Source: a virus
Lineage: Duplodnaviria > Heunggongvirae > Uroviricota > Caudoviricetes
Virus record (IMG/VR): IMGVR_UViG_2547132035_000002
Reading direction: 5' to 3' (one strand)
DNA length: 21,072 nt
The notes beneath the pieces are model-generated. The model saw only the letters and a program-made list of their open reading frames with translations. It made no database searches and was not told where the DNA came from. The position numbers and the translations under genes are program-made. This document shows, piece after piece, positions 1 to 7,750 of the stretch (the stretch's first letter is position 1; the number at the start of each line of letters is the position of its first letter).

Positions 1-789
1 TCAATATTTATTTAATTTAGCATTAAATAACTCATTTAAATTATCAATACATTTTCCATCATCTAATCGACATCTTTTTTGGATATCATCAAATCCGTTG
101 TACTTGATTAATTTATAACCATCATGATATTCTGATTTTTCATTGCTTAACAGTTTGCTGAGCCACACTTCTCGGCTATCTTCATCATAACCGGGAACAA
201 TAAGACAGCTTTGCATATAATCATAATCTGTCTTAATATCTGTAACCTTTTCAAAATCAACCTTATCTGGACATACAAATTCTCCTAATCCCGTAAAAAC
301 TCCCTTTTCATTAAAACTACTGATTCCTCCACCACTAAAAAATCCGGTGTCAAGAACACTGCTAATTCCAGATGAAAGTAATTCACTTTCAGTATCTGCT
401 ATTTCAAGATTTAAATGGTCATCATGCAATTCCTTATTTGACATATTCTTATATTTATCACCATATTTTTCAATTAACTTTGTTTTTACATCTTCCATAT
501 ACACATAATCAAAACGAGCACAACTCACAATCTTATCATTTTTAACATAGAGCATTAACCCATCCCAAGTGTTCTTTCCGTTTTCATCTAATTTTGTTAA
601 TGAATAGACTCCATTATATTTATTATTTCTTTTTGTCTTCACCTTATATGATGTGTCGTTTTGAGCACTGCTTGTCTTATAATTTGCATATAGCTTATAT
701 CCGCCAAAACAAACTGCGATAATACAAATCAATGCAATGATATCCTTTAAGAAATCTTTTCCATCTTTTTTTAATTTTTCCTTTCTCAT
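1..789 (-). CDS. Membrane-anchored hypothetical protein, paralogue A of 3320-4027
   Basis: 262-aa ORF. GGAGG RBS lies upstream, and there is an N-terminal hydrophobic segment (IIALICIIAVCFGGY). It shares the blocks DTSYKVKTKRN.KYNGVY.LTKLDENGKNTW.GL and GYDEDS.E.WLSKLL with 3320-4027. The stop TGA is at 1-3. Confidence 0.8.
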   Translation of the reverse strand: MRKEKLKKDGKDFLKDIIALICIIAVCFGGYKLYANYKTSSAQNDTSYKVKTKRNNKYNGVYSLTKLDENGKNTWDGLMLYVKNDKIVSCARFDYVYMEDVKTKLIEKYGDKYKNMSNKELHDDHLNLEIADTESELLSSGISSVLDTGFFSGGGISSFNEKGVFTGLGEFVCPDKVDFEKVTDIKTDYDYMQSCLIVPGYDEDSREVWLSKLLSNEKSEYHDGYKLIKYNGFDDIQKRCRLDDGKCIDNLNELFNAKLNKY

Positions 790-796
790 TTTTGTT

Positions 797-880
797 AACC
801 TCCATATATAAAGAGGATAAAATCATATCCTCACATCGTTTACTTTAACAAGTTTATTATATCATACTGAAGATGGAATT
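797..880. repeat. 84-bp perfect direct repeat, copy 1 (promoter plus 5' leader of paralogue A)
   Basis: Identical to 4037-4120 by direct comparison. It contains a minus-strand extended -10 TGATATAAT (856-864), the hairpin GAGGAT-N8-ATCCTC (813-832) and the GGAGG RBS. Confidence 0.95.
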
Positions 881-893
881 TCTATATTGTTTA

Positions 894-902
894 TGATATA
901 AT
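894..902 (+). promoter_or_regulatory. Extended -10 promoter (TGATATAAT) for a plus-strand antisense transcript
   Basis: Perfect TGnTATAAT, followed about 170 nt later by a plus-strand terminator-like hairpin (1047-1079). Confidence 0.55.
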
Positions 903-910
903 AGAATGGT

Positions 911-937
911 AAAAGAAAACCCACTAAAAGAAGTGGG
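911..937 (-). terminator. Intrinsic terminator of the small-peptide mRNA
   Basis: Minus strand reads CCCACT-TCTTTT-AGTGGG then TTTTCTTTT, and overlaps the TAG stop at 924-926. Confidence 0.65.
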
Positions 938-1037
938 AAAGAATTTTTACAATAAGCAGAATTATTTCAAGAACTTTTTTGGTGCGCATTTGTTTATCTG
1001 CTTTTTTCTTTTTTATGTTTTTATATTTAGAGGCCAA
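924..1037 (-). CDS. 37-aa basic/hydrophobic peptide, candidate type I toxin (MASKYKNIKKKKADKQMRTKKVLEIILLIVKILSHFF)
   Basis: Not in the ORF track. Perfect RBS GGAGGTGA (1042-1049) lies 4 nt before a TTG start, with an alternative ATG at codon 17. Lys-rich N-terminus and hydrophobic C-terminal helix. It has its own terminator, a 5' hairpin that touches the RBS, and an overlapping antisense unit. Confidence 0.6.
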   Translation of the reverse strand: MASKYKNIKKKKADKQMRTKKVLEIILLIVKILSHFF

Positions 1038-1046
1038 TGCCTCACC

Positions 1047-1079
1047 TCCGAGGGAAAACAACACCCTCGGATTTATTTT
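1047..1079 (+). terminator. Hairpin TCCGAGGG-N9-CCCTCGGA plus T-rich tail; antisense-RNA terminator and, on the minus strand, the 5' hairpin of the peptide mRNA
   Basis: Perfect 8-bp GC-rich stem followed by TTTATTTT. Confidence 0.55.
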
Positions 1080-1080
1080 A

Positions 1081-1118
1081 ACTTGTTTTATGAATAAAAC
1101 AAGTATAACTTGAGTTAT
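1081..1118. promoter_or_regulatory. Two adjacent palindromes in the promoter region of the small-peptide gene
   Basis: ACTTGTTTTA-TGAA-TAAAACAAGT (1081-1104) and ATAACT-TG-AGTTAT (1105-1118). A minus-strand TAAAAT lies at 1075-1080. Confidence 0.35.
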
Positions 1119-1135
1119 CTTAATAAAAAAGGACC

Positions 1136-1786
1136 CTACTGAAATATTTCTACATTTATAGGTACCCCTACAGAGTTATACTTGTAGTCTAAATCAAGAA
1201 TTTCCACTATTTTAGAAATCTGTTTTTGAATTATATTTTGATATTCTTGTATTGGAGCATCCCAGTATTTTGGAATTTGAGTATATATTTCTCGATATGT
1301 TTCATCTCCACCACAGATTGTAATGTATTCATAATTTTTATCTGTGTATTCTTGGGTTTCCTTATTTGTATTTATAGTGAGTTTCCTAAGATATTGCCCT
1401 TTATTATCTTTACTACCAATAATAAAATTATAAATACCATCACTGTACTCTGGCTTGGAATAAAGTAATTTTATAAATAAGCATTCAAAAAAATCTTTAT
1501 ATGTCATATTTTCATCTAGATACTTTTCTATGTAATCCTCTAAATTTATTTTAAACTGAGCTGAAAACAATTCATTGTTTCCATATGTAACAAATATAAA
1601 ATGACTATTCTTAAAAATCTTCCTTATTTTTCCTCTTTGAACATCTTCTTCATGATGACCATCTTTAAATGTTATTGTTGCTTTACTATCTGCGAAACCA
1701 ATGATTCCCTCTTTTGTGTTGTGAAGCCCAACAAAACTCATGTTACTCATATCCTTTCTTTGACAGCTTGATTGACTTATTGTCAT
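1136..1786 (-). CDS. Proteasome-beta-like Ntn-hydrolase family protein, copy 1 (Ser-type; internal/mature start 1741)
   Basis: After Met16 it reads SFVGLHNTKEGIIGFADSKAT, giving Ser1 and Asp17, then RKIFK (Lys33-like), FVTYG and a C-terminal SVGVPINVEIFQ. This resembles the T-x-x-G...G-V-V-x-A-A-D-x-R-x-T start of proteasome beta/HslV. Confidence 0.75.
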   Translation of the reverse strand: MTISQSSCQRKDMSNMSFVGLHNTKEGIIGFADSKATITFKDGHHEEDVQRGKIRKIFKNSHFIFVTYGNNELFSAQFKINLEDYIEKYLDENMTYKDFFECLFIKLLYSKPEYSDGIYNFIIGSKDNKGQYLRKLTINTNKETQEYTDKNYEYITICGGDETYREIYTQIPKYWDAPIQEYQNIIQKQISKIVEILDLDYKYNSVGVPINVEIFQ

Positions 1787-1790
1787 TATT

Positions 1791-1816
1791 TCATCTCCAG
1801 CAGAATCTTACTGCTA
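1791..1816 (-). promoter_or_regulatory. Conserved Ntn leader element, copy 1
   Basis: TAGCAG-TAAGATT-CTGCT-GGAGATGA, with TGTTATAAT at 1832-1840 upstream. Confidence 0.8.
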
Positions 1817-1840
1817 TTTTTTTCTATTTACATTATAACA

Positions 1841-1869
1841 AAAAAATCAGCATTTACTGCTGATTTTTT
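1841..1869. terminator. Bidirectional intrinsic terminator overlapping the NERD stop codon
   Basis: Perfect 12-bp inverted repeat AAAAAATCAGCA-TTTAC-TGCTGATTTTTT. Confidence 0.75.
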
Positions 1870-2702
1870 AGTATATTCTTTATTCTATCTATATCTGCAC
1901 CATTTAATGCATTTTCCTTGCCAGATGATACAATTTTATGTATAAGACTTCTTTCATCAAGAAAAATCTTCTCTGAACCGACATAGCATTGACTTTCTAG
2001 AATATAAACATATGAATCAATCCAGCAGTTAATATTATTTTCTTTTAATATTTGTGAAAGAATATATGTCTGTCTCTTTGCCTGCTTTAATGGATTTTTG
2101 ATTGATGAAGTATATTCTTTTCCCTGATTGGATATTTTTGTAAAACTCCACTCACTATCTTCTTCTTTCCCTCTAAGAGTTCCTTTATAGCTTTTTGTTT
2201 CAACTATAACAATTCCCTTTGGGCTTAAAATAAGATTATCAATTTCTGCCACCTTATCTTCATACTTAATAGATACATTAGATAAAATAGTATAATCTGC
2301 GGGTAATTTTAAGAGAGTTTTTTGAGTAGCTCTTTCGCCCTTTAATCCTGATTTTAGAATTTTATAACGTTTTTGACAAAAAGCAAATACAACAGCTGAA
2401 ATCATAAAAATTGCAAACAATGGTGCAAATCCACTAAATAAATTAATATTTTCATTTATAGCATTTGAAAAAGCTACATGGTCATCAAATAATTTAGCTG
2501 TCTGCGTTTGGTTATAAAACATGAATACAAAATATAAAAAATATGAAACCACACCACATATACTTAAAACCATACCCCAAAAATAATATTTTATTTTCTT
2601 CTCATTATCAATTAAGAGTTTTGTCTTATAATTTGATGAAACAAACTTTACCCCTACCCCTATACAAATAATTGAAACAAATAAAATAATAAGATATTTC
2701 AT
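1854..2702 (-). CDS. Membrane-anchored NERD-domain nuclease-related protein
   Basis: N-terminal TM segments followed by the NERD/PD-(D/E)xK motif EIDNLILSPKGIVIVETKSYKG and NPLKQAKRQ. RBS AAGGAGG. Confidence 0.85.
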   Translation of the reverse strand: MKYLIILFVSIICIGVGVKFVSSNYKTKLLIDNEKKIKYYFWGMVLSICGVVSYFLYFVFMFYNQTQTAKLFDDHVAFSNAINENINLFSGFAPLFAIFMISAVVFAFCQKRYKILKSGLKGERATQKTLLKLPADYTILSNVSIKYEDKVAEIDNLILSPKGIVIVETKSYKGTLRGKEEDSEWSFTKISNQGKEYTSSIKNPLKQAKRQTYILSQILKENNINCWIDSYVYILESQCYVGSEKIFLDERSLIHKIVSSGKENALNGADIDRIKNILKNQQ

Positions 2703-2833
2703 AAAAATTCCCTCCTTGTTATTATTCTACAGCAATATGTTAAAAATTGGTAGTATTTGTCGATATAAACTTTTATTCTAAGAGTTTAAATGATATAATA
2801 TTGAAAAACAAATAATCCAAAGGAGCATAAAGA

Positions 2834-3223
2834 ATGAAAAGAAATATTGGAATTTTATTAATTTGTATTGGTTGTTTAGGAACACTCTACTCTGGATTTC
2901 ATATGATAAATAACCAAGATTCTTCAGACAATAAGACTAATAACATGCAGAACAAATTTAATGAACAGGCTGAAAATATTAAAAAACAGCAGCAGGAAGT
3001 TCAGAAAGAATATGATAAGAAAAAAGCTGAATTTGAAAAGCAGAAAAAGGAAATTGAAAAAAAGTCAAAGCAGATTCAATCAGAAGTTGAAAAGCAGAAA
3101 GAAGAGACAAATCAAAAAGTCAATGAAATCCAAAAAGAGATTGAAAATTCCGAAAACGCACAAAAACAGGTTCGAGACAATATGGCTGAAGTCATTGATG
3201 GGTTAGAGAATTCAACCCAATAA
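2834..3223 (+). CDS. Signal-anchored coiled-coil hypothetical protein (129 aa)
   Basis: AGGAG RBS at 2821-2825 and TGATATAAT at 2791-2799. N-terminal hydrophobic segment and a Q/E/K-rich heptad region. It is followed by a terminator at 3287-3310. Confidence 0.75.
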   Translation: MKRNIGILLICIGCLGTLYSGFHMINNQDSSDNKTNNMQNKFNEQAENIKKQQQEVQKEYDKKKAEFEKQKKEIEKKSKQIQSEVEKQKEETNQKVNEIQKEIENSENAQKQVRDNMAEVIDGLENSTQ

Positions 3224-3286
3224 ATCTGTAAAATTATAATATATCAGATACTTATTTGATTGAGTACTGCTACTTACAATAGCATA

Positions 3287-3310
3287 AAAAAGGAACAGTC
3301 GTTCCTTTTT
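3287..3310. terminator. Bidirectional intrinsic terminator between convergent genes
   Basis: AAAAAGGAAC-AGTC-GTTCCTTTTT. Confidence 0.8.
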
Positions 3311-3319
3311 AGTATCTAT

Positions 3320-4027
3320 TTAATTTTCATCCAAGCCTGCATTAAATTCATCATTTAAGATTAACATACAAATACCATCTTCGATACCACAGTTATTGTA
3401 TAAATCTGTGCTATTCTTATAATGAATTAATTTATAGCCTTCACTATACTCAGATTGATTATTCTTCAATAACTTACTTAACCAGATTTCCTTGCTGTCT
3501 TCATCATAGCCTGCTACAACTTTACATCTTTTCAGATTATCATAATCTTTATTGATGTCTACTTCTCTGTCATAAAAAACAATTTGACCCTTTCCGACTG
3601 TGGCTCCTTTTTGTGTTAAGGTCATATCTCCTCCTGAGACATTAAATCCAGAATTAACATTTCCTACACTTCCAAGGTCAGGTTTTATTGAAGCATTTTG
3701 GAGTATTTCAATGCTGCTAGCATCCTTTTTACCATTCAGTTTATTATTGATAATATCTTCTCTTGATTCAAACTCTGCTAGATTAGCACTGATAATTTTA
3801 TCATTCTTCACATACATGATGAGTCCATTCCATGTGTTTTTTCCGTTCTCATCTAATTTTGTTAACGTATAGACACCATTATATTTTTTGTTTCTTTTTG
3901 TTTTAACTTTATATGATGTATCTCCATCTGCCTTTTTGCTATTGTAGTATTCAAACCCTTTTACTAATCCAAACGCAATGGCAAGAACAACAGCAATTGC
4001 TAAAACACTTTTTATAAATCCTTTCAT
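3320..4027 (-). CDS. Membrane-anchored hypothetical protein, paralogue B of 1-789
   Basis: 235-aa ORF with an N-terminal TM segment. It shares conserved blocks with 1-789 and has the identical 84-bp upstream region. Confidence 0.8.
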   Translation of the reverse strand: MKGFIKSVLAIAVVLAIAFGLVKGFEYYNSKKADGDTSYKVKTKRNKKYNGVYTLTKLDENGKNTWNGLIMYVKNDKIISANLAEFESREDIINNKLNGKKDASSIEILQNASIKPDLGSVGNVNSGFNVSGGDMTLTQKGATVGKGQIVFYDREVDINKDYDNLKRCKVVAGYDEDSKEIWLSKLLKNNQSEYSEGYKLIHYKNSTDLYNNCGIEDGICMLILNDEFNAGLDEN

Positions 4028-4036
4028 AATATTTTA

Positions 4037-4120
4037 AACCTCCATATATAAAGAGGATAAAATCATATCCTCACATCGTTTACTTTAACAAGTTTATTAT
4101 ATCATACTGAAGATGGAATT
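4037..4120. repeat. 84-bp perfect direct repeat, copy 2
   Basis: Identical to 797-880 (offset 3240 bp). Confidence 0.95.
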
Positions 4121-4235
4121 GCTATATGATGGTTAGTAGTTCGGCACTGAAGTGTTAATTTAGTGTTACTGTTCAGTGCTATTAGTGGTTATAGTTATAA
4201 TTTAGAGTTTTAGGAGGATATGAAAATATCTATTC

Positions 4236-4985
4236 TCATATATTCTTACATGAGACTATATTATTTGAATGAATAAGTTTTCCTTGTCGATTTATTTGTG
4301 CCCACTGTATAGGTCCACCAACTTTTCTCTCGTCTATTGGTAACTTTGATTCTAATTTACTATATTTTTTTATGATTTTAAATACTTTTTCTTTTATAAA
4401 TAATATTTTTACTGTCTTGAAGAATTTAGTATTTATCTCATACCAATACGTGCCAAAAGATGTAAAATTCAGATTTATACGCTCTGTCAATTCATAACTG
4501 TATGTTCCCGAAGTATTTTTCACAATTTCAAATGCTCTGCTTATTATAGTTTGATTTGTTACATCATAATAAACAATAAAATATTGTACTACTTTTTCAT
4601 AATCATTATTCAATCTCATATCATTAATAAACTTATACGATTTTTCCAACAATTCGTGTAAACATTCTTGAAAATTATAACCATTATATCTCTGAACAAA
4701 TGCATTCATAAAATCTAGGATATTTACAATATCTCCATTATCATATGTAGCAGAATTTTCTCCAGCACTCGATAAAATACATGGGAATTTTTTATTAATG
4801 GTAATTTTTTGAATCATATGATTATGGATTGAACTTGTATTCCATGAGTCACTAGCTACTAATGTTTTATACTTATTTCTAGCATGTATTAAACAGGTCA
4901 TTCTTCTTCTATCCCTTCTTATACTATTATAACTCATTGAAATGGGCTTATTGTTTCTATAACTATTACTTCTGATAAAAATCAT
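4236..4985 (-). CDS. Proteasome-beta-like Ntn-hydrolase family protein, copy 2 (Thr-type; internal/mature start 4901)
   Basis: After Met29 it reads TCLIHARNKYKTLVASDSWNT (Thr1, Asp17), then QKI, SSAG and a C-terminal KVGGPIQWAQINRQG. Confidence 0.7.
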   Translation of the reverse strand: MIFIRSNSYRNNKPISMSYNSIRRDRRRMTCLIHARNKYKTLVASDSWNTSSIHNHMIQKITINKKFPCILSSAGENSATYDNGDIVNILDFMNAFVQRYNGYNFQECLHELLEKSYKFINDMRLNNDYEKVVQYFIVYYDVTNQTIISRAFEIVKNTSGTYSYELTERINLNFTSFGTYWYEINTKFFKTVKILFIKEKVFKIIKKYSKLESKLPIDERKVGGPIQWAQINRQGKLIHSNNIVSCKNI

Positions 4986-5004
4986 CTCCAGCAGTTGACT
5001 GCTA
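4982..5004 (-). promoter_or_regulatory. Conserved Ntn leader element, copy 2
   Basis: TAGCAG-TCAA-CTGCT-GGAGATGA, with TGTTAAAAT at 5010-5018. 4982-5018 is identical to 10515-10551 (37 bp). Confidence 0.8.
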
Positions 5005-5032
5005 TACTTATTTTAACAAATTAAAAATTTGA

Positions 5033-6166
5033 TTATGTTATATTCCTCCATGACTTAAGTAATTTATTGAGAATTATTCCAACTCTTAAACGTTCCTTAT
5101 AAACTTGAGTTTTCTTATTAGTTTCAGTTTTAATATAATGATAATCTTCTGTTTCTTGTAATTGCTTTTCAATATCCTTTATATTCTCCATTGCATAGTT
5201 TTCAAATTGGATTCTCTCTTCATTTGATATATAAAGAAGAACAACGTTTTGCAAACATCTTAAAGCATGATTCTGTTCAGGATTACTCTCATCATAAAGG
5301 AAGTTTAAAAGCCTATATTTATTATCATTTACGATATAATATCTATATGAATAAAAATTGTGTTGAAAAATATCTCTATAAATAAAACCAGGTGTAGGAG
5401 TAGGGATAGATAAACGTCTAGCATCTAATTCAACAATTTGATAGCTCTTTAATTTTGTGTAATTATAATAAATATTTAATAATCCAAATGCTGTACTTTC
5501 ATTAGTCATAGCATATGAATAAAATTCATCTATAGGTCTATCAATTTCATCATATTCTTTTTGAAGAGTATACTCTGGCCTATATATATTATAAAAATAA
5601 TTATCATTCTCCACCCACTCTAATTTATTTTCTAATCTATCATATATGTAGTCCAAATGGGATTTTGTTAAACCCAATCTTTTTTTCCAAAGATTTTCTA
5701 TTTCATCTATGTCTGCATTCCCATCATTTTGTGTATTTCTGTCTCCATTGCGGACATAAATACAACCTGCTTTCATCCTTCCATAATGGTTTTTCAAATA
5801 TATAGGAGTCTTATCTGTATTATAGATAATCAATACATCTAATTCGATATTATCATACAGTATGGTATCAACTTCTACTTTAGGATAATTGTCTCCTGCA
5901 AAATGTAGTTTTGAAATTGCATCAATAATATCTGCCTGTTTTCTTCTGTTTTTTCTCATACCTACAATTTCTAAATTATCAGAGATACCAAAAATAAGAT
6001 AACAGTCCTCATTATGAACTGTATTACTAAAGCATATTATATCTTTTATTAAATCTTCGATTCTTTCATGCCACTCCTGTTTAAAATCCCAATATTCTCC
6101 TTCCTTTCCCTTTCTGATAAAAAAATCAATAAAATCTGCTCCTTTATAAAGTTTTAATGTACTCAT
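5033..6166 (-). CDS. Schlafen/AlbA_2-domain protein (putative nuclease, defence-associated)
   Basis: N-terminal EGEYWDFKQEW...LIKDIICFSNT...YLIFGISD is the characteristic AlbA_2 pattern, with IYVRNGDRN later in the domain. RBS AGGAG. Confidence 0.8.
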   Translation of the reverse strand: MSTLKLYKGADFIDFFIRKGKEGEYWDFKQEWHERIEDLIKDIICFSNTVHNEDCYLIFGISDNLEIVGMRKNRRKQADIIDAISKLHFAGDNYPKVEVDTILYDNIELDVLIIYNTDKTPIYLKNHYGRMKAGCIYVRNGDRNTQNDGNADIDEIENLWKKRLGLTKSHLDYIYDRLENKLEWVENDNYFYNIYRPEYTLQKEYDEIDRPIDEFYSYAMTNESTAFGLLNIYYNYTKLKSYQIVELDARRLSIPTPTPGFIYRDIFQHNFYSYRYYIVNDNKYRLLNFLYDESNPEQNHALRCLQNVVLLYISNEERIQFENYAMENIKDIEKQLQETEDYHYIKTETNKKTQVYKERLRVGIILNKLLKSWRNIT

Positions 6167-6191
6167 ATGTTTCTCCTAAATTTTTTATATT

Positions 6192-7733
6192 TTAGTTAAT
6201 CAAACCATCTGCTTGTTTAAGCATTTCTAACTCTCTTTCATATTGCATAATAGCATTCTTCATTAGCCATTTTCTTCTATCATAATCCCAGGTATCCAGA
6301 TATTCTTGATTATAAAATAATGAAAAATTATGGATTGTTGATATAATTTGGTCATGCTTCTGTGACCAATCATGCAAGCGTCTTGGAGCAAGTGGTAAAT
6401 CATTATGCTTAAAAAATAACATTGATATTTGTTTACCAATAGGCTCAACTCTACTTACAAGTTCTTCTTCACATATAACATTATTAATATATTCTCTAAA
6501 AATTTTAATATATTGTTCCGCTGCATATATAATCTCAACTGTATATTTTTTAGTTAATTCTATAAACTCATTATCACTCATATTACTTTGTTGCATTGTC
6601 TTTATCAATTTATATGCATTGTTTGTCTGAATATAAACATTGTTTTTTATTTTGGCATTTTCTCCCATATAATACCATTCGTTCTTATCCTGAGCATCAT
6701 CCACCCATGTTGCATTATAAGCAAAGTTACTATTAACTATGTCATCTTCATCATATCCAAAATAATAAAAAACAACATTAGGTGGATTATTCTTATAAAT
6801 TCTTTCAGCTGTTTCATTTTGATATACTTCACAATCTGAGATTGTATTTTTTATTTCTTTTGCTATTTCTCCAACTTGTTCTTCTGTAGATTGATATCTT
6901 AATATTACCTTGACTGCAAACCTCTTTGATTTTGAATTATGTAAAGGTTCAACAGAATAAATAATATAATCTTCTGTGTCTACGTATACCTTTTGAACTT
7001 TATAGGGGTTATATTCTTCAACATCAAAAAATATTGTTCCTCCTATACTTGAACGAAATACAGGATTTTGAATATTTCTAGAATTATTTTCTTTATCCAA
7101 TGCTTTTTTATTGGCTATTTCTGCAAATCTGAAAACAGCTTCATTAATAGACTCTAGAGATTTTCGCCCTTCCCTAATAAGAGAACGTACTAAAAAGGCA
7201 TCACAGACAAAACTGGTATAAAGGCTTATCTTTCTTTCAGCATGAAACCAAGAAAATTGGTCTACACCACATGAAGCCATTACAGCAAATCCATGTCCCA
7301 CAAACTGTTCTATAGTTTTTTCAATACTAATTGCGGGAGTTTTATCCAACTCAAAGTTTCCTGAATGACAACTATCTATAATTGCTATTTTATTTTTCGC
7401 AGGAATACTATCTATTTTGTTAAGTAGGCCCTGTAGAAAAACATTATCAATACTTAGACATAAGCAACCATTTCCACCATGACCCGAGAAATAAAAAATG
7501 TATGTATCATCTTCTGTAATTCCAATTATAGATTTATTTATAGTCTCTTTAAATGTATTTGATAATACAATTCCTGATTCTCCACACATTAGAATATTTT
7601 CTGGCTTTACATTAATTCCTTGAATCAATGATTTTCTCATAGCATATAAATCGTTTTTACATAAAGGTAATGATGTACAATCTCTTCTACGATAATCGCT
7701 AACAGCAACTAAAACTGCTTTCACTTTTCCCAT
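6192..7733 (-). CDS. Caspase-like (peptidase C14) protein with an uncharacterised C-terminal region
   Basis: KAVLVAVSDY...CKND, with catalytic dyad motifs YFSGHGG (His ~7479-7481) and IIDSCHSG (Cys ~7368-7370). Confidence 0.85.
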   Translation of the reverse strand: MGKVKAVLVAVSDYRRRDCTSLPLCKNDLYAMRKSLIQGINVKPENILMCGESGIVLSNTFKETINKSIIGITEDDTYIFYFSGHGGNGCLCLSIDNVFLQGLLNKIDSIPAKNKIAIIDSCHSGNFELDKTPAISIEKTIEQFVGHGFAVMASCGVDQFSWFHAERKISLYTSFVCDAFLVRSLIREGRKSLESINEAVFRFAEIANKKALDKENNSRNIQNPVFRSSIGGTIFFDVEEYNPYKVQKVYVDTEDYIIYSVEPLHNSKSKRFAVKVILRYQSTEEQVGEIAKEIKNTISDCEVYQNETAERIYKNNPPNVVFYYFGYDEDDIVNSNFAYNATWVDDAQDKNEWYYMGENAKIKNNVYIQTNNAYKLIKTMQQSNMSDNEFIELTKKYTVEIIYAAEQYIKIFREYINNVICEEELVSRVEPIGKQISMLFFKHNDLPLAPRRLHDWSQKHDQIISTIHNFSLFYNQEYLDTWDYDRRKWLMKNAIMQYERELEMLKQADGLIN

Positions 7734-7750
7734 GTTCTATTCTCCAATTT

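Larger units (their letters stand above)
908..1079 (+). ncRNA. Candidate cis-antisense RNA (type I antitoxin)
   Basis: Bounded by the extended -10 at 894-902 and a hairpin plus T-rich tail at 1047-1079. It is fully complementary to the small ORF 924-1037 and its RBS. Ends are approximate. Confidence 0.5.

Noticed and set aside
1040-1049. CCTCACCTCC in the antisense RNA as a trans-regulator of the GGAGATGA leaders
   Set aside because: It is simply the complement of the peptide gene's own RBS. It gives only 8-10 nt of pairing with a mismatch, and there is no complementarity to the rest of the leader.
906-1097. 63-aa plus-strand ORF from the track
   Set aside because: No RBS, and its ATG lies only 3 nt past the -10 box, at or before the likely TSS. 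It is better explained as the antisense RNA to the 924-1037 peptide.
2961-3206. 81-aa Lys-rich alternate-frame ORF
   Set aside because: Frame shadow of the E/K/Q-rich coiled-coil gene, with no RBS.
3262-3272. GAGTACTGCTA matching part of leader copy 3
   Set aside because: It lacks the CTGCT-GGAGATGA half and has no downstream Ntn gene, so it is probably chance.
4121-4235. AGTG-rich stretch with a GCACTGAA/TTCAGTGC inverted repeat and a plus-strand TATAAT-AGGAGG-ATG
   Set aside because: The SD is only 2 nt from the ATG, and the ORF is 18 aa and runs into Ntn copy 2. The repeats are not periodic. It may be a gene remnant or terminator, but I cannot support a call.
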